A stretch of 64,000 bases of DNA from Dehalococcoidia bacterium. Lineage in GTDB: Bacteria > Chloroflexota > Dehalococcoidia > Plut-88900. The stretch lies in assembly GCA_965249275.1 (NCBI GenBank), contig CBDFLQ010000006.1, forward strand, positions 32,001 to 96,000. The letters are read 5' to 3'. The translations under genes were made by a program, and so were the position numbers. How positions within the stretch are numbered: the stretch's first letter is position 1; each line of letters starts with the position of its first letter. The notes beneath the pieces were generated by a model. The model did no database searches. It saw nothing but the letters and a program-made list of their open reading frames with translations, and was not told the DNA's origin. Below, one piece after another: positions 57,097-64,000 of the stretch.

Positions 57097-57428
57097 GCCC
57101 GCTCCTCCTGCTTGTCATCGGCCTCCATTGTTTCATTGACTCGCTTCGCCATGAGGTCCGGTCGGATTCTAAGTTCGCCCCGCCGATAGGCCATCACAAT
57201 CTCCGGGTCCACCTCTATGGCGGGGCGCATCTGGGCGAAGTCCTCCGCGGTTAGCTCCGGGTTGTCTGGGTCTCGTGCGATGCCAACGTCGATGGCCACT
57301 TCCTCACCATATAGCGTCTCTACCTCCTCGAAATCCATTTCCAAAGCGGCTAGTTTCTCAACCAGCGCTCTGTCGATTTCTACTTCGCCGGGTGCGGGCG
57401 CGGCCTCATTCGATTTACCGCTCAGCAT
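57093..57428 (-). CDS. BrnA-like antitoxin with atypical C-terminus
   Basis: IARDPDNPELTAEDFAQMRP motif; ATG at 57428 overlaps the brnT end. Confidence 0.6.
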   Translation of the reverse strand: MLSGKSNEAAPAPGEVEIDRALVEKLAALEMDFEEVETLYGEEVAIDVGIARDPDNPELTAEDFAQMRPAIEVDPEIVMAYRRGELRIRPDLMAKRVNETMEADDKQEERA

Positions 57429-57675
57429 ATTCCTTGCGCTCCTTGGGTTTCGCAATCCTGAAACTTATGACACGCCTCCGTTCGCCCCGAATAACGTATA
57501 CCAAGTGATGGAGTCGGCCTTTCAAATAACCTGTGGCAGTCAATCGTGGCTCGGCATACCCTTCACTTGGCCGGATTAAAGCCGTATTCCACTCGAATTC
57601 GTAGACTGAGTAAAAGTCGACCTTGTGCTTCTGAAGGTTCGCTAATCGCTTTACCTCATCCCACTCGTATTCCAA
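57415..57675 (-). CDS. brnT: BrnT family toxin
   Basis: YEWDEVKRLANLQKHKVDF..E.R..RVISFRIA..KE. Confidence 0.88.
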   Translation of the reverse strand: MEYEWDEVKRLANLQKHKVDFYSVYEFEWNTALIRPSEGYAEPRLTATGYLKGRLHHLVYVIRGERRRVISFRIAKPKERKEYAER

Positions 57676-57795
57676 GGTTCAACTATAAGCCCTGTAGGTG
57701 GGGCTATCAACTCTAATGTGTATGACACAAGAATCACAGCGTCTCAATCCCTTTCCTGCTCCCGACTTTCGATCAACTTCTCTCCGTCAGACGGC

Positions 57796-57954
57796 TTATT
57801 GAGTACTGCTAGTCCTCTTGATCGTCTTAATCGTCCTCCGCGCCGCCTCGCGTGCCCATTCTATTTCTTGCTCCAGGTTGGGAACAGATTTCAACTCACC
57901 TCGTTCGAACTTCTCAAGAATTTCAAGCTCTTCTGCGTCTAAATTCTGCTTCAC
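57796..57954 (-). pseudogene. Truncated CopG-type antitoxin remnant (52 aa; not in the ORF track)
   Basis: GTG start after GAGG: MKQNLDAEELEILEKFERGELKSVPNLEQEIEWAREAARRT..; the RHH half is missing. Confidence 0.55.
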
Positions 57955-58071
57955 AATTGCCACCTCAATCCCATTGTAATCCGTACACGCTTTGGAAGTT
58001 TGAGCCTATTCTAATCACACTACCAAAATGGCGACTTCTGTGTCGTAATTTAGCAAATTAGAATCTCTACC

Positions 58072-59249
58072 CTACCCCGTCCCCAGATACTCCAGCGCCG
58101 CTTCCGTCATCACCTTCAACCCGACCTCCAGCGCCCGCTCGTCGAAACCGAACGTCCCGCTGTGATGAGGCCCGTACTCCCCCTCCTCATCCCCACCCCC
58201 GACGATGAAGTAGCACCCCGTCACTTCCTTCTGGAAGTACGCCATGTCATCGCCACCCATTGATGGCTCGCAGTCAATAACGTTTTCATCTCCAATGGCC
58301 CGAGTTGCGGCGCTGCGGACCAAGGCCGTCATTGCGGGATCGTTCATAACCACCGGGCTCTGATAAATGTCCTCAAATGCGTACGACGCCCCCGCCGCGG
58401 CCGTTATACCGCTCAGCACTTCTTCAATCCGCCCCATGACCCTGTCCCGCGTCCCGTCGTCAAAGGCCCGTACCGTGCCCTTTAGCTCGACCTCATCAGG
58501 GATTATGTTGAACGCCGTCCCGCCCCTTATCATCCCGATGCTCAGCACCGCCGCCTCCAACGCACCCACGTTCCGGCCCACTATCTGATGCAGTGCACTC
58601 ACTACCTGACCCGAGACCAATATCGGGTCGATCAACGATTCCGGGTGGGCCGCGTGACCTCCGGTCCCCTGGATTCTGATCGTGAACTCGTCCACGCTGG
58701 CGAACATACCCCCACCCTTACCCCCACCTTGCCAACGTCAAGCCCATTGATGATGTGAAGGGCCAGGGCCGCATCTACCTTCGGGTCCTCCAGCGCGCCC
58801 GACTCGATCATCCCCAGGGCCCCGCCCGCGGTCTCCTCCGCCGGCTGGAAAGCGAACTTAACATTCCCTTTGAGCTCCCCCCTCATCCCCACCAGCACCG
58901 ACGCCACTGACATAGCCACGGCTACGTGTCCGTCATGGCCTCAGGCATGCATCTTCCCCGGCTCACGAGAGCAATAGTCCGCATCGCTGTCCTCCTCGAC
59001 GGGCAACGCGTCCATGTCCGCCCTGATGAGCAACGTCCTCCCACCCGACCCCCCTCTCAGCAGTCCTGTAACCCCCGTACCCCCCACCCCAGTCTTCACC
59101 TCCAGCCCCAGTTCCCTTAACCCATCTGCCACCATCCCCGCCGTCCTCTCCTCCTCGAAAGACAACTCCGGGTGGCTGTGAATGTCCCTCCGAAGTGCCA
59201 CCATTGAGGGTATAACTTTCTCGTATGCGTGGTTCAGGTCTAGCGTCAT
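58072..59249 (-). CDS. M20D amidohydrolase (hippurate/IAA-amino acid hydrolase family) with TGA at the metal-binding Cys and one frameshift
   Basis: RRDIHSHPELSFEE, RADMDALP, MHA-TGA-GHDGH, FQPAEE, GGHAAHP, MGGDD and PHHS..FDE; frame change at the C5 run 58709-58713. Confidence 0.8.
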
Positions 59250-59748
59250 GGAAAGTCTCCTTGAATATGGACTAGTGCAGCCCAGGCTAAGCGGATTCTA
59301 TATCACGCCCCGAGCCCCATCCAATACCCCCACCCCACCCCTCTATAGACGCAACCATTGTGGCTGCCCTGCCCCTTCCCTCCGTCATTCCAGTGCACCG
59401 ACACGGGAATCCAGAAATGACCTACTCGCGTTCCCTTCCAACTGTGACATCAACCCCTTGCTCCACCCCACACCCCATCCTATATAATAGTCCCATGCCA
59501 GCGTGCTCTTCCCTCTCTTCCACTCGGTATCCTTGCCCTCGGGAAAACGCGTGCAAAAACGTTTTCTTTCCGCAAATCAATCAAAGCAGGCACGAGTTTT
59601 GATTGTAACTATCAAAACTCCCCATTTTGACAAGATGCAAAAACCATCCAGTGTCCCCTCCATCTGTGACCCCCGCCCCTTGACCCCCGACCATGTGCGC
59701 GGTAATCTATTTCTAGGTATTCGCTAGACAGCAAGTCAGGAGAACCAA

Positions 59749-60090
59749 ATGGTAAGCCTAACCCCTCTGGCCCTTGAAAAAGTCAAGGAGTTCATCGCCG
59801 AGCAGAGCGAAGAAGAAATCTCGCTTCGCGTCATGATCGCCGGCATGGGCTGCGGCGGACCTCAGTACATGATGTCCCTCGACAACGAGATCTCTGCCGA
59901 GGACCTCACCGTTGAGCAGGATGGCCTGACAGTTGTCTACGACCCCGAGAGCGCCCCCATGCTTGACGGCTCGCAGATCGACTACATCGAGACCCTCGAA
60001 CGCTCTGGCTTCACCGTCAACAACCCCAACTTCCAGGCTGGTGGCGGCGGAGGCTGTGGTGGCAACTGCGCCTGCGGCCGAGGCGGCTAA
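59749..60090 (+). CDS. HesB/IscA/ErpA A-type Fe-S carrier protein
   Basis: LRV.IAGMGCGG.QY, IDY....GF..NNPN and C.CG. Confidence 0.9.
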   Translation: MVSLTPLALEKVKEFIAEQSEEEISLRVMIAGMGCGGPQYMMSLDNEISAEDLTVEQDGLTVVYDPESAPMLDGSQIDYIETLERSGFTVNNPNFQAGGGGGCGGNCACGRGG

Positions 60091-60125
60091 CCCCCGACCT
60101 CACATAATCGGCCTTGACGAAATCG

Positions 60126-60154
60126 GGCCCGCCGAATGGCGGGCCCTTTCTTTT
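60126..60154 (+). terminator. Intrinsic terminator
   Basis: GGGCCCGCC-GAAT-GGCGGGCCC-like stem followed by TTTCTTTT, downstream of the HesB gene. Confidence 0.8.
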
Positions 60155-60207
60155 GATTGTACGTTAGTGTTATACTGGCATCACATCACAGTCAAAAAGG
60201 AGTTACA

Positions 60208-60450
60208 ATGGCTGTAAATCTCTCCATTAGAGAAGTTCCCGACGATTGGGCTGAAAAGCTGAAAGAAAGGGCAAGGCGCAACCACCGCTCGCAGCAGGGA
60301 GAACTGCTAGCAATACTTGAAGAAGCCCTCAGGCCCGGACGCCTATCTATAGAAGAAGTTCACCAAAAGATTCAAAGTATGCATTTACGCACACCCGATG
60401 AATCTACCCAATGGATAAGGGAAGATCGAGATGCCGGGTATAGTAGCTGA
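60208..60450 (+). CDS. FitA/Arc-like ribbon-helix-helix antitoxin
   Basis: NLSIREVPD..AEKLKERARRNHRS.QGEL.AILEEA..IREDRD. Confidence 0.88.
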   Translation: MAVNLSIREVPDDWAEKLKERARRNHRSQQGELLAILEEALRPGRLSIEEVHQKIQSMHLRTPDESTQWIREDRDAGYSS

Positions 60451-60814
60451 TGCATCCGTCCTAGCCGCAATTGCCTTCGGAGAACCCAATAGGTTGCAAG
60501 CACTTGCCCTCGTATCGGGCCATGAGATTCATGCTCCGTCCCTCATGGCATTTGAGATGACCAACATTGCTTGGAAGAAGATTCTTAGAAACCCTTCTCA
60601 ACATCTGACTACATCAAAAGGGCTTGATGCGATGCTCAGCGGAGCTATCTATTGGACTAAAGTGGACTTCAATAAGACCCTCGAATTAGCCCTCGAGACT
60701 GGACTGACCGCCTACGACGCCAGTTACCTCTACCTGGCTCAGACCCTCAGCATGCCGATAGCCACCTTCGACAGGAAATTGAGCTCTGCAGCCCAAGCCC
60801 GAGGCATCTACTAG
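60431..60814 (+). CDS. vapC: VapC/PIN-domain toxin
   Basis: VADASV, E..N, LTAYDASYL.LA and TFDRKL. Confidence 0.9.
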   Translation: MPGIVADASVLAAIAFGEPNRLQALALVSGHEIHAPSLMAFEMTNIAWKKILRNPSQHLTTSKGLDAMLSGAIYWTKVDFNKTLELALETGLTAYDASYLYLAQTLSMPIATFDRKLSSAAQARGIY

Positions 60815-60836
60815 CCTACCCCCCCACCCCGCCCCC

Positions 60837-62849
60837 CTAGGGCCGAATCCGCGTCCGTTTGTGGTTTATGTAGTCCACCAGGATGTACTCGCCCAGCCGG
60901 TCCGCTGTCGTGAAGAACGCCCGACCCCTGTTTATCTTCGTCACCTGTTCCATGAAGTCGATCAGGTAGTAGCTCGTGTCCAGCATAAAGACGTTGAGGG
61001 TTATCCTGTCCTTGGTGCAGCGCTTCACCTCTTGCAGGGTGGCCTGCACCGTTAGGAGACTCGGCGGCCACGCGAAGTAGGGATACCCCTGCTCCATGTG
61101 GGCGGTCGGCTCACCATCGGTGATCATGATGATCTGCTTGTTTTCACATTTGCGCTTCGCCAGGTACTCGCGCGCTAGCTGTAACCCGTGGTGCATGTTG
61201 GTACCGGGCGCACTATCGCTCGCTCCCGCCTCCGGCAGGTCCCGAGCCAATATCTCCTTCGCCATCAACGAAAAGCCGATTATGTGAAGATCATCCTTCG
61301 GGTACTGTCCCGATATCAGGCTGTGCAGCGCCAACGCCACCTTCTTAGCCCCGAAGAAGTCGCCGCTCATATCCATAGACCGGCTCTGGTCCAGCAGCAG
61401 CACCGTCGCACTCCGAGTCTGATGCTCGGGCTTGTAGATCTCCAGGTCCTCGGGTGTCATGTTCACCGGGATCCCCGGCCCCGACCTCTCCACCGCATTC
61501 AGTATCGTCCGCGGGATATTCAGCCGGAACGGGTCCCCGAATTCATAGGTCTTTGTCTCCTGCACGTCTTCCAACCCGATCCCGCTCCGCTGAGTCTCGT
61601 GGGCCGCGCGCCGGTCCTTCTTCATGTGCCCGAATATATCCCTCAAAGCCTTCTGCCCGATCCTCCGCAGCCCCTTCGGAGAAAGTTCCATCCGGCCGTC
61701 CTTGAACCGGAGATAGCCCGCTTCTTCCAACTCCCGGGCCAGTTCCCTCAGCGTCTCGATATTATCCTCCGCCTCCTGTCCCAACACCTCATTCAGCTTC
61801 TTCGTATCGATCCCCTCCAGCCCCCGGCTAGCCTGCGCCTTACGCAGCTGGGCCTCCAGCTCCTCCATGTTCTGTAGCTTGGACATCAGCTCCATCGCCT
61901 GGTCCCAGCTGAGCTCCTCTTCACCTTCAAACGGGTAGCCGCTTTTGCGCCGCCGCGTGGGATGCAGGGCTTCCAGGTTCTCCGCGAGGTTCGCCATCAG
62001 GTCTGCCAGGTCGGGGTCAGTGAGTTGGGACTGCATCATCTGCTCCAACGACTCCCGCGCCTCATCCGACAGGCTGTTCATCAACGACTGCATCTGCGAA
62101 ATCCGCCTCTGCAGCTCTTCTACGAACTCCTCCAGAGTGTCGGGCATGTCGGGGAAAGCTCTCCCGTACCTCTGCTTGAACTCGTCGTAGCCGGAATCGA
62201 GCCCCATGCGCTGCCGTTCGAGCATCTCATTGAGGTCGGAGAGCATCTGTTTTATGGCGTCCATTTCGCCGGCGCCCATGTTCTGCATCCGCTCCGCCAT
62301 GTCCCGGGCGTAAGGATCGAGCATCTTCTGGCGCAGCATGTCCAGCAGTTTCTGGAACTCCTCCCGCGCCTCCTCGTCGAAGAACTCGTAGTCCATCAGC
62401 TCCTTGAACATGCCGCCGGGGCTTTCGGGAAGGCCGTCGAGCGTGTCTTGTTTCCGTTGCACCATCCGCTCCAGCATCTCCTGCATCCCCTCCCCGGGCC
62501 CATCCCCCGTCTCGGCTTGTGCATCCTCCAGCCGCTTCTCCAGCCCTCCCCTCTCCATATCGACTATCTGGTCGAGTTTCTCTTTCAGATCCTCCATCAT
62601 CGAATCAAGGTCGTACTGCTTGAGCTGCCGTTCCTTCTCCCGACGAAGCTGGTTTATCAGGTCCCGCAGTCCCTGAATCCGCATACCCTGTCGAGTCTGC
62701 ATCCCCCTCTCTGTGAGCCGTTGGAGAGCAGATTCAAGGTTGCCATAGGCTAGAACGTCCTTCGTCAACTCATCCAGCAGCTCTTCGGCAGACGCCTTGA
62801 ACGGCTCCTGGGTCCCGTCCCATTTCGAATACCTGTATCGAATGCTCAA
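60837..62849 (-). CDS. VWA-domain protein with coiled-coil N-terminus
   Basis: YRYSKWDGTQ; DQSRSM (MIDAS), GTNMHHGL and ITDGEPTAH. Confidence 0.85.
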   Translation of the reverse strand: MSIRYRYSKWDGTQEPFKASAEELLDELTKDVLAYGNLESALQRLTERGMQTRQGMRIQGLRDLINQLRREKERQLKQYDLDSMMEDLKEKLDQIVDMERGGLEKRLEDAQAETGDGPGEGMQEMLERMVQRKQDTLDGLPESPGGMFKELMDYEFFDEEAREEFQKLLDMLRQKMLDPYARDMAERMQNMGAGEMDAIKQMLSDLNEMLERQRMGLDSGYDEFKQRYGRAFPDMPDTLEEFVEELQRRISQMQSLMNSLSDEARESLEQMMQSQLTDPDLADLMANLAENLEALHPTRRRKSGYPFEGEEELSWDQAMELMSKLQNMEELEAQLRKAQASRGLEGIDTKKLNEVLGQEAEDNIETLRELARELEEAGYLRFKDGRMELSPKGLRRIGQKALRDIFGHMKKDRRAAHETQRSGIGLEDVQETKTYEFGDPFRLNIPRTILNAVERSGPGIPVNMTPEDLEIYKPEHQTRSATVLLLDQSRSMDMSGDFFGAKKVALALHSLISGQYPKDDLHIIGFSLMAKEILARDLPEAGASDSAPGTNMHHGLQLAREYLAKRKCENKQIIMITDGEPTAHMEQGYPYFAWPPSLLTVQATLQEVKRCTKDRITLNVFMLDTSYYLIDFMEQVTKINRGRAFFTTADRLGEYILVDYINHKRTRIRP

Positions 62850-62895
62850 ACCATCACCTGCTAGCTACCGTGTTTTACTGTGGCCCTCTCAGCGG

Positions 62896-63816
62896 TCAAG
62901 ACCGGAACGAATCGACCGTTCGGCTCAATCCCTCTTCCAGCGACACCGTAGGCTCCCACCCCAACACCCGACGCGCTTTTTCGGTGTTGAGGACTATCTT
63001 GAACACCTCGCCCTCGCTCAATGTCCTGTACTGGGGACTGAGCGAGTTGCCCGTTAGTCTGTCCAAATGACCGAATATCTCTTTCACTGAAGTCCCCATC
63101 CCCGACCCTAAATTGAACGCTTCGTCATCCCCGGTGCTGAGACAAATGACGTTGGCCCGAGCCACGTCCTGAACGTACAGGAAGTCCCGTTCCTGTTCGC
63201 CTGTCCCGTTGATCGTGACCCGTTCATTCTTCAACATCTTGCCCGCAAATATTGCGACTACTCCGGCCTCACCGCCGGGGTTCTGCCGGGGTCCGTACAC
63301 GTTGGCGTAGCGCAAAGCCGTATACCTCAGACCGAACAGGCTGCGATAAATGGGCAGGTACAGTTCAACCGCAGCCTTAGCTGCCCCGTAGGGGGCCAAA
63401 GGCTGGATTAGGTGGCTTTCGTCGCATGGCAGGGATATTGGCTCTCCGTAAATAGCCCCTCCGCTCGAGGAGAAGATTATCTTTTCAACGTCATTATTAC
63501 GGCATTCCTCAAGGACGTTAAGCGAACCCATTATGTTCTCGTCGGCATCCACCAGGGGCCCGCGTATCGACTTAGTTATGCTAGCCTGCGCCGCCAGATG
63601 ACAGACGAACCTCGGCTTATGCTCCTGAAATATACGTGCCAGGCCCGGGTCCCGAAGGTCGGCTTCCAGGACCAGGACGTCGGGGTTGACGTTCCCCCTG
63701 TTGCCCGTGACCAGGTTATCAATGACCACAACCTCGTAGCCCTCTTCGAGCATCGCATCGACAACGTGGGAGCCGATGAATCCCGCTCCCCCTGTCACCA
63801 GAACCTTGTCAGCCAT
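62896..63816 (-). CDS. NAD-dependent epimerase/dehydratase (UDP-glucose 4-epimerase-like)
   Basis: VTGGAGFIGSH, YGAAK, LRYANVYGPRQ and RDFLYV.DVA. Confidence 0.92.
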   Translation of the reverse strand: MADKVLVTGGAGFIGSHVVDAMLEEGYEVVVIDNLVTGNRGNVNPDVLVLEADLRDPGLARIFQEHKPRFVCHLAAQASITKSIRGPLVDADENIMGSLNVLEECRNNDVEKIIFSSSGGAIYGEPISLPCDESHLIQPLAPYGAAKAAVELYLPIYRSLFGLRYTALRYANVYGPRQNPGGEAGVVAIFAGKMLKNERVTINGTGEQERDFLYVQDVARANVICLSTGDDEAFNLGSGMGTSVKEIFGHLDRLTGNSLSPQYRTLSEGEVFKIVLNTEKARRVLGWEPTVSLEEGLSRTVDSFRS

Positions 63817-64000
63817 GCCCCTTTTCCCAGCTACTTCTCACTTCCCGGTGTAAAGACTCTTGCACCACAATGCCCAACATCTCCTGGGGTGGTGTCCTGT
63901 CCCCTCTCCCTCGATGGGAGAGGGCTAGGGTCGAAGACTCGCCGAGGAGAGTGAGGGCGATTCGATTCTTCCGAAAGCTGTTAAGCACAATTCTCAAAAG

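Noticed and set aside
43124-58943. Alternative genetic code (UGA = Trp or Gly)
   Set aside because: Many genes end normally at TGA (e.g. 6044, 17865, 46448), and the internal TGAs fall at Cys-equivalent positions.

Overview
GC-rich bacterial chromosome segment. Its gene content (five luciferase-like monooxygenases, enolase-superfamily and amidohydrolase paralogs, GAAC-N4-GTTC-type LexA-like boxes, phage relics) suggests Chloroflexota/Dehalococcoidia, possibly SAR202-like; the taxonomy is inference. It holds about 55 mostly catabolic CDSs, tRNA-Gly(TCC), several toxin-antitoxin modules, a DUF5131/TcmP pair and dense intergenic REP-like palindromes. Main observations: (1) Three genes split by the ORF track are probably single selenoproteins, each with an in-frame TGA at a Cys-equivalent site followed by a SECIS-like hairpin. 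They are a UGSC-family protein (D-U-GSC), a thioredoxin/NHL protein (C-U-xx-C) and, most unusually, an M20D amidohydrolase with the metal-ligand motif MHA-U-GHD; this last gene also carries a homopolymer frameshift. (2) Two near-identical 1056-bp IS481-family elements sit at the same nucleotide of one REP-like repeat, in opposite orientations, each with an ATTCC duplication. (3) Three dispersed ~0.75-kb elements share a sigma70 promoter overlapped by a LexA-like box, and two carry decayed terminase-like sequence. (4) A repeat family has 18-19-bp perfect hairpins with fully compensatory stems inside conserved flanks.
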